Position numbers and translations under genes: made by a program. Below are positions 48,666 through 57,627 of a stretch of 64,000 nt of DNA, piece after piece. Below the pieces are notes generated by a model, which was not told the origin of the DNA, did not search any database, and saw only the letters and a list, made by a program, of their open reading frames with translations. This stretch comes from Desulfosoma sp. (lineage in GTDB: Bacteria; Desulfobacterota; Syntrophobacteria; Syntrophobacterales; DSM-9756), in contig JBBFKW010000004.1 of NCBI GenBank assembly GCA_037481835.1, forward strand, positions 78,569-142,568, in the 5' to 3' direction. Position 1 is the first letter of the stretch; each line of letters opens with the position of its first letter.

Positions 48666-49634
48666 ATGAAAGCCTCTCTACGCGATCAAAGCTTCGGCCC
48701 GCAGCGCATCCTCGTGGTGGATGACGAGCGCAGTGTGCGGGAACTGGTGGCGGAAAGTTTGAGCTACATCGGCCACCAGGTCACCACTGCCGCCGACGGA
48801 AAGGACGCCGCGGAGAAGCTCAAAAACGGCGACTTCGACATCGTCGTCACCGACATGGACATGCCCCGCATGGACGGCATGGAACTCATCCAGCACATCC
48901 GGCAGCACCACCCCGACACGGACACCATCGCCATCACGGGCCACGCCACCAAGTACAAATACGTGGACGTCATCAACGCCGGTGCGGCGGATTTCATCAC
49001 CAAGCCGTTCGGACTGGACAAGCTTGAGGCCAAGATCCGCCGCCTGCTCCGGGAGCGGTATCTTCGCCGGGAGCTGGAGCAATTGGCCATTCGGGACCCC
49101 TTGACCGGCCTTTACAACCGGCGCCATTTCCGGAGCGTCCTCACTCAGGAAGCCGTCCGGTCCGTGCGTTACGGGCACCCGCTGTTTCTCCTGTTCATCG
49201 ACATCGACCAGTTCAAACAGTACAACGACCAGGAAGGACACCAGGCGGGCGACTCCTTGCTGATCGAATTGGGATCCATCCTGCAACAGTCCATCCGGGA
49301 ACATGTGGACACGGCCTTTCGCTACGGCGGCGACGAGTTTACCATCGTCTTGCCCCATCTCAACGCCGATCAGGTCCGCATGGTCGTCGAGCGCATCCAG
49401 AGGCGCTACGCCACCCTGGACGCGGCCCCCACAAGCCTGTCCATCGGCGCCGCTCAATTTCAGTATCGGGACGGCGATATGGAAAAAAGCATCGACGACC
49501 TCATCCAAAGGGCCGACAAGGCCCAGTACCGCGCCAAGAAAGAGCTGGGAGGAAACCGGCTCTGCCTGGACGGGGATTCCCAAAGCCCCGAGCCCGTGGT
49601 TGCCATGAAAGAGCCCTCTCAATCCGTGGGTTAA
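48666..49634 (+). CDS. Response-regulator receiver-GGDEF diguanylate cyclase
   Basis: VVDDE...TDMDMP...FITKPF; DPLTGLYNRR, RYGGDEF. Confidence 0.92.
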   Translation: MKASLRDQSFGPQRILVVDDERSVRELVAESLSYIGHQVTTAADGKDAAEKLKNGDFDIVVTDMDMPRMDGMELIQHIRQHHPDTDTIAITGHATKYKYVDVINAGAADFITKPFGLDKLEAKIRRLLRERYLRRELEQLAIRDPLTGLYNRRHFRSVLTQEAVRSVRYGHPLFLLFIDIDQFKQYNDQEGHQAGDSLLIELGSILQQSIREHVDTAFRYGGDEFTIVLPHLNADQVRMVVERIQRRYATLDAAPTSLSIGAAQFQYRDGDMEKSIDDLIQRADKAQYRAKKELGGNRLCLDGDSQSPEPVVAMKEPSQSVG

Positions 49635-49713
49635 GCGATTTCCTTCGAAACCCGCCCCTTCCCGGCTCCACCCGGTCACGCGGCGTCGTTTGCATAAGCC
49701 GCACAATTTTTTC

Positions 49714-49771
49714 TTGACATCGGGGATCCCGACCCTTATACAAAGCGCGCTTTTTTAAACTTTTCGTTTAA
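49714..49771 (+). promoter_or_regulatory. Sigma70 promoter and palindromic operator candidate
   Basis: TTGACA-N17-TATACA (49714-49742), then TTAAAC-N5-GTTTAA (49755-49771). Confidence 0.6.
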
Positions 49772-49783
49772 TATAGGTAAACC

Positions 49784-50335
49784 ATGGAGGACGGGCTCAA
49801 GATCGGGGGTAAGCTTCGGCGGCTCCGCATGGAAAACGGCCTGACCCAGGAAGAGCTGGCCAATCGGGCCTATTTGACCAAGGGATTCATCTCCCAGCTG
49901 GAACGGGACCTCACATCCCCGTCCATTGCGACGCTCAAGAGCATCCTGGACGTGCTGGGGGTGGATCTGGCCGAGTTTTTCCAGGACATGCCGCGCCCCA
50001 CGGTGGTGGGCCGCAAGAAATCGCGCGTGCTCAGTTCCGAGTCCTCGGAGCGGTGCGCCATTTACTTTCTGCTGCCCCGGGCCATGGGCCGGGTCATGGA
50101 TCCCGTGATCGTGAGGATGCAGAAAGGGGGGCGAACCGTGGAGCACACGCCTCATGAAGGCGAGGAGTTCGGCTTCGTCATCAAGGGGTCGGTCACTTTG
50201 TGGTTCGACAACAAACCCCATCGGCTGAGCGTGGGGGATTGTTTCTATTTCAAGAGCTCCACCCGGCACTGGGTGGAAAATTCCGGCCGGGGCGAGGCGC
50301 ACATCCTTTGGGTGGTGAGCCAATCCCGGTTTTGA
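49784..50335 (+). CDS. XRE-HTH plus cupin transcriptional regulator (PuuR-like)
   Basis: LTQEELA..LTKGFISQLERDLTSPS; HEGEEFGFV cupin; leads the speD-speB genes. Confidence 0.88.
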   Translation: MEDGLKIGGKLRRLRMENGLTQEELANRAYLTKGFISQLERDLTSPSIATLKSILDVLGVDLAEFFQDMPRPTVVGRKKSRVLSSESSERCAIYFLLPRAMGRVMDPVIVRMQKGGRTVEHTPHEGEEFGFVIKGSVTLWFDNKPHRLSVGDCFYFKSSTRHWVENSGRGEAHILWVVSQSRF

Positions 50336-50421
50336 GGCTCTGGAGCGCGGAGAAATGAAGGCCATGACCGGGGCTTCGGGCTTCCGGTTCGATCCATCGC
50401 GAGGGCGGGGAGGTGCACGAC

Positions 50422-50871
50422 ATGAACACGAAAAAACCGGAATTTGGCTTCGGGGTCCATCTCATGCTGGACGGGTACGGATGCGATCCCGAGCTTTTGC
50501 AGGACATCAACGGAATTTACAATTTCTTGGACGAGTATCCCCAAGAAATGGACATGACCAAGATCATGCCGCCCTATGTGTTTCGCTACAGCGGGGCCGT
50601 TCCTGAGGATTGGGGCATTTCCGGTTTCGTGCTCATTGCTGAAAGTCATATCAGCATCCACACCTTCCCCGAGAAGAGGTATCTCAGCTTGGACATGTTT
50701 TCGTGCAAGCCTTTTGATACCGACAAAGCGGTGGCCGCCGTCAAGGAACGTTTCCGCATCCAAAAATGCGAAATCAACGTCCTGGACCGAGGACAGGAAT
50801 TTCCCAATACCATTGAGGATTCCACGCACGTGGTGCGCATGGACCGGATGCTTCGCCAGCGAAGCCGCTGA
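50422..50871 (+). CDS. speD: Pyruvoyl-dependent S-adenosylmethionine decarboxylase-family proenzyme
   Basis: GISGFVLIAE-SHISIHTFPE self-cleavage motif; D.FSC. Confidence 0.88.
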   Translation: MNTKKPEFGFGVHLMLDGYGCDPELLQDINGIYNFLDEYPQEMDMTKIMPPYVFRYSGAVPEDWGISGFVLIAESHISIHTFPEKRYLSLDMFSCKPFDTDKAVAAVKERFRIQKCEINVLDRGQEFPNTIEDSTHVVRMDRMLRQRSR

Positions 50872-50880
50872 TCTTTATCT

Positions 50881-51798
50881 ATGAGCACGGAAAAACATGC
50901 TTTGGGGATCGAGGTGCTCCGTTACCTCGGTCCCTGTTCGTCTTTTTTGGGCCTGAGCGAATACGCCCGCCCTGTGGAAGAGGCGCGGGCCGTCCTCGTG
51001 GCGGCCCCCTACGACGGCACCACCACGTTCAAGGCCGGCACCCGCGAAGGCCCCCGGGCGATCCTGTGGGCCTCGCGCGAATTGGAATGCTACGAAGAAG
51101 ACACCGAAACGGAACCCTACCGACACGGCATCGCCACCTTGGGGGAGCTCAATGTCACGGCCGCCTCCCCTCAGGAGATGGTGGAAAGAGTCCGCCGGGT
51201 CGGGGAGGCTCTTTTCAAGGCCGGCAAAATCCCGGTGTTGCTCGGCGGCGAACACCTCTTGTCTTTGGGCATGATTCAAGCCGCGGCGGCGGCTTTTAAC
51301 CCCTTGACGGTCCTCCACCTGGATGCACACCCCGATCTTCGGGATTCCTACCAGGACACGGCCTACAGCAACGCCTGCGTCATGCACCATGTGCTGGACC
51401 TGGCGGATCTCGTGCAGGTGGGGCTTCGGTCCATGACCCGGCAAGAGCACCGGCTCATTCGAGAGCGAGGCATCCCGGCCTTTTTCGCCGAAGAGGTCGT
51501 GCGGGGCGGCGATGCGGTAGTCACTCGGATCGTGGAGGGCTTAGGGCCCAACGTGTACGTGAGCATCGACTTGGATGTTTTGGACCCTTCGGTCATGCCC
51601 GCCGTGGGGACGCCTGAGCCCGGAGGGTTGGGCTGGTACGACCTCTTGGCCCTCCTTCGCGCCGTCACGGTCCGATGCCGCGTGGTGGGCTTCGACGTCA
51701 TGGAATTGTGCCCCATCCCCGGCATGGTCGCCCCGGACTTCCTTGCGGCCCGATTGGTTCATAAGATTCTCGCCTATATTTTTCTAGACAAGAAATGA
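50881..51798 (+). CDS. speB: Agmatinase / ureohydrolase
   Basis: GGEH, DAHPD, SIDLDVLDP, GTPEPGG. Confidence 0.92.
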   Translation: MSTEKHALGIEVLRYLGPCSSFLGLSEYARPVEEARAVLVAAPYDGTTTFKAGTREGPRAILWASRELECYEEDTETEPYRHGIATLGELNVTAASPQEMVERVRRVGEALFKAGKIPVLLGGEHLLSLGMIQAAAAAFNPLTVLHLDAHPDLRDSYQDTAYSNACVMHHVLDLADLVQVGLRSMTRQEHRLIRERGIPAFFAEEVVRGGDAVVTRIVEGLGPNVYVSIDLDVLDPSVMPAVGTPEPGGLGWYDLLALLRAVTVRCRVVGFDVMELCPIPGMVAPDFLAARLVHKILAYIFLDKK

Positions 51799-51890
51799 AG
51801 GCGCTTGTTAGATTTTTGCAACTCCATGCCACATGCCGGTCGGGGCTCATCCGTGGCCACAGTCCGATGTTTTGAGGTTGAGGGAACGAT

Positions 51891-52760
51891 TTGGAAGAGG
51901 AATCTGCCAAAGGCTTGTCGCGCTGGCTGAAAAAGGCTCTGCGTCGCCTCTCGCGGATCGACAAACCCAAGGATCTTGAAAAAGAGATCCAGCAGCTCAT
52001 CGATGAGGGGGAAGAACGCGGGCTGATTTCCGAAGACGAAGGGGAAATGATCCAGGGGATCTTTTCCTTTCGGGACACGGTGGCCCGCGAGGTCATGGTG
52101 CCGAGAACCGACACGGTGGCCGCGCCGGACGAATCCTCCGTGGAATCCCTCATCGCCCTTATCGTGGAATCGGGCCATTCCCGAATCCCCATCTATCAGG
52201 ATTCCATCGACAACATCATCGGCATCTTGCACGCCAAGGACCTCTTGCAGCACTGGGGCAAGACCGACCTGGACCTGCGCACCATCCTCAGGCCTCCGTA
52301 TTTCATCCCCGAAAGCAAGAAAATCAGCGAAGTGCTCCGGGATCTTCGGCACCGCAAGTCCCACATGGCCATCGTCATCGACGAATACGGCGGCACGGCC
52401 GGTGTGCTCACCATGGAAGACATCATCGAAGAGATCATCGGCGACATCATGGATGAGTACGACGCCGAAGAAAACTGGCTGGTGGAACAGGAAGACGGTT
52501 CCATCCTCGTGGACGCCCGGCTGGATGTGGAGGAATTGGAGGATTACCTGGATATGGAATTTCCCGAGGGGAAGTTCGAATCCGTCGGCGGCTTCATCAT
52601 CAGCCGACTGGGCCGGGTGCCGGCCGTCCATGAAAAGGTTCTGTTCAAGAACCTGGAAATGATCGTGGAGGCCGCCGACAGCCGAAAGGTGGAAAAAGTC
52701 CGCATCCGCCGCCGCGAAGGTGCTCTCGACAACTCCGAAGCGTCGGAATCGTCCCACTGA
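51891..52760 (+). CDS. CorC/HlyC CBS-domain protein
   Basis: REVMVPR, GHSRIP, IDEYGG, EDIIEEIIGDI; TTG start; upstream of lnt. Confidence 0.9.
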   Translation: MEEESAKGLSRWLKKALRRLSRIDKPKDLEKEIQQLIDEGEERGLISEDEGEMIQGIFSFRDTVAREVMVPRTDTVAAPDESSVESLIALIVESGHSRIPIYQDSIDNIIGILHAKDLLQHWGKTDLDLRTILRPPYFIPESKKISEVLRDLRHRKSHMAIVIDEYGGTAGVLTMEDIIEEIIGDIMDEYDAEENWLVEQEDGSILVDARLDVEELEDYLDMEFPEGKFESVGGFIISRLGRVPAVHEKVLFKNLEMIVEAADSRKVEKVRIRRREGALDNSEASESSH

Positions 52761-52775
52761 GGGGGAGTCCGTCCT

Positions 52776-54338
52776 TTGATCGCCGTGCTCACTTCCCCCT
52801 GGACGGCCGCCGTGACAACGGGGCTGTTGCTCACCGCCGGCTTTCCTTTTTTCAACGTGTCGGGAGCAAGCTGGATCGCTCTCATCCCCCTTCTGGCCCG
52901 CATCGGGCACATGCCTCTGCGAACCGCTTTTCGTGCGGGTTTTGCCGCCGGGTTTGTCCACAACCTGACAGCCCTTTACTGGATCACCTACGTGGTCACC
53001 CATTACGGAGACCTGCCGTTGCCGGTCTCCGCCGCGGTGCTGTGCCTCTTGTGCGCCTACCTGGCCCTTTACCCGGCCGTCTTTTTCGCCGCGGCACGGC
53101 GCTGGAGGGCCTCGTCCGGACTTTGGCTCTGGGGACTTCCGTGCCTTTGGATCGCCTTGGAATGGGTCCGCGCCCACGCTCTCACGGGCTTTCCCTGGAC
53201 CAACGTGGGCTACACGCAGACCGCCGTGGAACCGCTGCTGCAGACGGCGGACATCGCCGGGGTCTACGGCGCCGGATGGCTCGTCATCCTCGGAAACACC
53301 CTCCTGGCGGGGCTCCTCATGCGGAAGGTCGGCTGGCGTTCGTGTGCGGCCGTCGCCCTGTGTTTTGCCCTCTTTTTCGGATACGGGGCATGGAGAGGCC
53401 AAAACCTCAGAAAAAGCGCCCCCCATGCGGCCCCCTCCCTGCGGGTCGCCCTCATCCAGGGCAATATCGATCAATCCGTCAAATGGGATCCCGCCTTTCA
53501 ACAAAGAACCCTGGAAATTTATCGGGACCTTTCGCAAGCGGCGATCCAGGACAATCCTCCGGATCTTCTCATCTGGCCTGAAACGGCGGCCCCTTTCTTC
53601 TACGGCTTGGAAGAGACCCCCACCCGAATGCTCCACGATATCGCCGCCTCCCTGAACGTGCCGACGGTTTTGGGCATCCCGTGGGTCGTTTCCGACGGCT
53701 CCGCGGTGCGTTTGCAAAACCGCGCCGTGCTTTTTCATCCCACGGAAGGGATCGTCGCCGCTTATGCCAAGCGCCACCTCGTTCCCTTCGGGGAATACGT
53801 GCCGCTGAAACGCCTGCTTTTTTTCGTGGAAAAGCTCGTCGCCGCCGCGGGGGATTTCGTCCCGGGGACAAGTCCGGCGGTTTTTGCTTTCAAGGACGCC
53901 CCCTTCGGGGTGCTCATCTGCTATGAGGCCATCTTCCCGGAACTGGCTCGAGACGCGGTGCGCCACGGAGCCCGTTTTCTCGTGAACCTCACCAACGACA
54001 GCTGGTTCGGGAGGACGGCCGCCCCCTTCCAGCACCTGGAAATCGCCCGCTGGCGTTCTGTGGAATGCCGCGTTCCGCTGGTGCGCTGCGCCAACACGGG
54101 GATCAGCGCCGCCTTCGACGCGGAAGGGAAAACTTTGGCGTCCCTTCCCCTCAATGTGGCCGGAACCGCTGCCGCCGACATCGTCCCCGGAAAAGACGCC
54201 CCCACCTTTTACGTGCGCTACGGGGATCTCTTCGCATGGATCTGCACCTTGACGGCGCTCCTCTGTGTCGTGTATGGGGAGCGGGCCCGAAGGGCACGGC
54301 GGTCCGTCCCGCGAAAAGGGAATCGCATCTCTCTGTGA
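52776..54338 (+). CDS. lnt: Apolipoprotein N-acyltransferase
   Basis: TGFPW, QGNI, WPE, K.HLVPFGEY, ICYE, TNDSWFG, NTGIS. Confidence 0.95.
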   Translation: MIAVLTSPWTAAVTTGLLLTAGFPFFNVSGASWIALIPLLARIGHMPLRTAFRAGFAAGFVHNLTALYWITYVVTHYGDLPLPVSAAVLCLLCAYLALYPAVFFAAARRWRASSGLWLWGLPCLWIALEWVRAHALTGFPWTNVGYTQTAVEPLLQTADIAGVYGAGWLVILGNTLLAGLLMRKVGWRSCAAVALCFALFFGYGAWRGQNLRKSAPHAAPSLRVALIQGNIDQSVKWDPAFQQRTLEIYRDLSQAAIQDNPPDLLIWPETAAPFFYGLEETPTRMLHDIAASLNVPTVLGIPWVVSDGSAVRLQNRAVLFHPTEGIVAAYAKRHLVPFGEYVPLKRLLFFVEKLVAAAGDFVPGTSPAVFAFKDAPFGVLICYEAIFPELARDAVRHGARFLVNLTNDSWFGRTAAPFQHLEIARWRSVECRVPLVRCANTGISAAFDAEGKTLASLPLNVAGTAAADIVPGKDAPTFYVRYGDLFAWICTLTALLCVVYGERARRARRSVPRKGNRISL

Positions 54339-54405
54339 GACGCCGCCGAAATCTGATATGAAAAAAGAAAATAACGCGCCCTCACCGGGCCGCAAGGAGG
54401 GACCC

Positions 54406-55564
54406 ATGATCATCGACACCACGGAAATCCGAAGCTCCATGAAGGAATTGCTGCAGAGGGTAGACACCTTGGGAGGCTATCTTTGACATCCCGGGCAAAC
54501 GCACCCGCCTTCAAGAATTGGATCGGCTCATGGCCCGGCAGGACTTCTGGGACGATCCGGAAAAATCCAAGGAGGTCCTCAAAGAACGGGCCCAGCTGTC
54601 GGAAATCGTCTCGGAATTCGACGCCCTGAAAACGGAACTGGAAGACAACGAGCTCCTTCTGGACCTGGCCGTTGAAGAAAACGACGGGGACGCCCTCCAG
54701 GAGGTTGCCCGCAAGGCCAAAGAGCTCCACAAGAAGATCAAAGCGCTGGAAGTGCGCCAGATGCTCGGCGGAGAAAACGACCGGCGCAACGCCATCGTGA
54801 GCATCAACGCGGGCGCCGGCGGCACGGAAGCTCAGGACTGGGCGGAGATGCTCCTGCGCATGTACCTGAGATGGTGCGAGCGGCGCGGTTTCCAGACCGA
54901 CGTGGTGGATCTCCTCGAGGGCGAAGAGGCGGGGATCAAGAGCGCCACCTTCACCGTTTCCGGCCCCTACGCCTACGGGCTGCTCAAGGGGGAATCCGGC
55001 GTCCATCGGCTGGTGCGCATTTCGCCTTTCGACGCCAGCGGGCGCCGCCACACCTCCTTCGCCGCCGTGTTCGTCTACCCCGAAGTGGACGATTCCATCG
55101 TCATCGACATCAAGCCCTCGGACCTCCACGTGGAAACCTATCGGTCCAGCGGCGCCGGCGGCCAGCACGTGAACAAGACGAGTTCGGCCGTGCGCATCAC
55201 CCACATCCCTACGGGGATCGTCGTCCAGTGCCAAAACGAAAGGTCCCAGCACCGCAATCGGGACATCGCCATGAAGGTCCTCAGGGCACGGCTCTACGAA
55301 AGGGAACTCCAGAAAAAGCAGGCGGAAATGCAGGAACTGCACGATAACCTGGACGACATCGCCTGGGGCAATCAGATCCGTTCCTACGTCCTTCAGCCCT
55401 ACCGCTTGGTCAAGGACCACAGGACCCAGGTGGAAAAAGGCAACGTGGACAGCGTCCTGGACGGCGAACTGGACGAGTTCATGGAAGCGTTCCTCTTCCA
55501 GCAGCTTCACGCCAAGTCCGGAACCTCCACCAGCGCCGCCGCCGGAGCCGCCCCCGCCAACTGA
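54406..55564 (+). CDS. prfB: Peptide chain release factor 2 (programmed +1 frameshift)
   Basis: Short ORF from ATG 54406 ends at GGGAGG-CTAT-CTT-TGA-C (about 54481-54487); the +1 frame carries SPF and GGQ motifs. Confidence 0.96.
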
Positions 55565-55599
55565 AAACTCCCATCCCCCGACGTGCCCTCACCGGCACG

Positions 55600-57627
55600 T
55601 CATACGATCTGCACGCGCAGCACGTCGTCCCGCGGGTTCAGGCGCTCGATTTTGAGGCGCACCATTTCCCCGGCTGTCACGGCCTGTTCCTGCGGCAGCG
55701 GCGCGTGGACTTCCATGAGGAAATCGGGCAGCAGCAGATAGGCGAATCTGGCATTCTTGTCCAGGACGATGGCATTGAGGCTTTGGATATCTTCCTGTTC
55801 CAGGTATCGGAGGATCCAGTAGCGGGTCCATTTGCGATGGACGAAGGCCACTTTGCCGAGCTGCACGCGGATGTGGGTGAGGATTTTTTCCAGCACGTCT
55901 TCCGCATAAGCGGGGCGGCCTTCGCTGAGGGCCGTCTTGATCTGGCGCTGGACCACCAAATCGGTGTAGCGGCGAATGGGGGAGGTCACCGTGGTGTAGG
56001 GGTTCATGCCCAGGCTGCAATGCGGTCCCGGCCGCGTCTCCAGTTCGGCCCGTGCGAATAGGCGTCGCTGCCGATAAATGTGGAAGATGGGATAGTCGCT
56101 TTGCACCTGATCCGTTTCCGGCCGGCATTCCGCCTGGCAGCGGTAGATGGCCGGCAGGTCCTTTTCCGCCAGGTAGGCGGCGGCGAGGCCGTTGGCGGCG
56201 ATCATCCATTCGGAGACGATGATCTGGCTGGGATTTTCCTTTTCGTAGCGCACGAGCTGGATCATGCCGTGGTCGTTGACGCTGATGTGGATTTCCGGAA
56301 GGGGCAGGAGCACCGCGCCCCGCTCCCGGCGCTGTTCCCTCAGGCGTTCGCTGAGGTGGAACAGGGCCTTGAACGTGGGGTCGGTTTCCACCAATCGGTC
56401 CACCTGCTCATAGGTCAGCCGTCTCGAGACGCGCACGACCCCCGGAAGGATTTTCCAGGCGTGGATCCACCCCGAAGCGTCCACTTCCATGACAAAGCTC
56501 AGGGTCGCCCTGTCTTTTTCCGGGCACAGACTGCAGGCTTCTTCCGAAAGAGACGGCGGGAGCATGGGGATGCGCCGATCCGGCAAGTAGATGGAGGTCA
56601 CCCGGGAGGCCGCCTCCCGATCAACGGGATCATCCATATCCACAAAGTGGGCGGCATCGGCGATGTGGACCCCCACCTCCCAACGATCCTCCCCCAAAGG
56701 CCGAAAGCTCAAGGCGTCGTCCAGGTCCCGGGTCGAGGCGCTGTCGATGGTGAAGGCTTCGTAGGAGCGGAAATCGGCGCGTTCTTCTCCGACCGTGATG
56801 CGCTGCAGCCGATCTTTCCCGGCCTCGGCCGCATGGAGGATCTCCGGGGCAAAATCCGTGGCCAGGCCCTGCTGGTGCAAATAAAGATTTTCGTTTTCCG
56901 ACCAGACCCCCAAGCGCACGAGAAACCGAAAGGCCGCGCCCTGTTGAGCGGGTATTCCGGAGCGGCCGAAGAGCTCTTTGACGAATGATGCACTTTCCGC
57001 ATCCTGGCCGAAGAGGCAGAATTCCTTGATTTTTTCGACAATGTCCTCATTGAAGATGTCGTAGCGGGCGCCGGGTTTCGCCTGCATGACACGACGCACC
57101 CACTGGGCACCTTCTTCCAGCAGGCGCTCCTTTCTGGCCTCCCGCTCCATGTCCTCACGGCGGCGTTCCACCTGCTCGGCCGTCCGAGCGGCGAACAATC
57201 CATCCTTGAATTGAAAGTACAAGCGGTCGGCGAGAAGGACGCGCTGCACGGCCGCCACGTGATCGTCGGTCACTACTGCGCCGGCGAAGACCAATTCGGC
57301 CAGATCCTGAGGGCTGTAGCCTTCGGGTTCGCCTTCCAGAACGGACCACAGTTCCGCCACGTCCACTTGAGCGGCCAGGGATTCGCGCTCGCCTCGGATT
57401 TTTTTGAGGGCCCGCACCAGGTCATCGCGGTTCTGCGCCGGGTTCAGCTTGGCTGGCGAGGCCGATACCACGCGGCGCATCACCAGGCTCATTTCCCGGT
57501 TGTTTTCCGTCAGCACGCTGAGTTTCTGGTCTTTGACGGCGAGACAGACGCCGAGGAGCAGTTCTTTGGCTTCGAAAAATTCCACCACCGTGCCGGGTGC
57601 CACCCCCGGCCATTCGGACTGGCTCAT
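55600..57627 (-). CDS. RNB-domain (RNase II/R family) exoribonuclease
   Basis: TIDSASTRDLDDALS, VHIAD, MLP, TSPIRRYTDL. Confidence 0.92.
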   Translation of the reverse strand: MSQSEWPGVAPGTVVEFFEAKELLLGVCLAVKDQKLSVLTENNREMSLVMRRVVSASPAKLNPAQNRDDLVRALKKIRGERESLAAQVDVAELWSVLEGEPEGYSPQDLAELVFAGAVVTDDHVAAVQRVLLADRLYFQFKDGLFAARTAEQVERRREDMEREARKERLLEEGAQWVRRVMQAKPGARYDIFNEDIVEKIKEFCLFGQDAESASFVKELFGRSGIPAQQGAAFRFLVRLGVWSENENLYLHQQGLATDFAPEILHAAEAGKDRLQRITVGEERADFRSYEAFTIDSASTRDLDDALSFRPLGEDRWEVGVHIADAAHFVDMDDPVDREAASRVTSIYLPDRRIPMLPPSLSEEACSLCPEKDRATLSFVMEVDASGWIHAWKILPGVVRVSRRLTYEQVDRLVETDPTFKALFHLSERLREQRRERGAVLLPLPEIHISVNDHGMIQLVRYEKENPSQIIVSEWMIAANGLAAAYLAEKDLPAIYRCQAECRPETDQVQSDYPIFHIYRQRRLFARAELETRPGPHCSLGMNPYTTVTSPIRRYTDLVVQRQIKTALSEGRPAYAEDVLEKILTHIRVQLGKVAFVHRKWTRYWILRYLEQEDIQSLNAIVLDKNARFAYLLLPDFLMEVHAPLPQEQAVTAGEMVRLKIERLNPRDDVLRVQIV

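Noticed and set aside
51774..54467. 897-aa - strand ORF
   Set aside because: Antisense shadow of the CorC-like gene and lnt.
54406..54486. prfB as a pseudogene
   Set aside because: The break is the canonical programmed frameshift.
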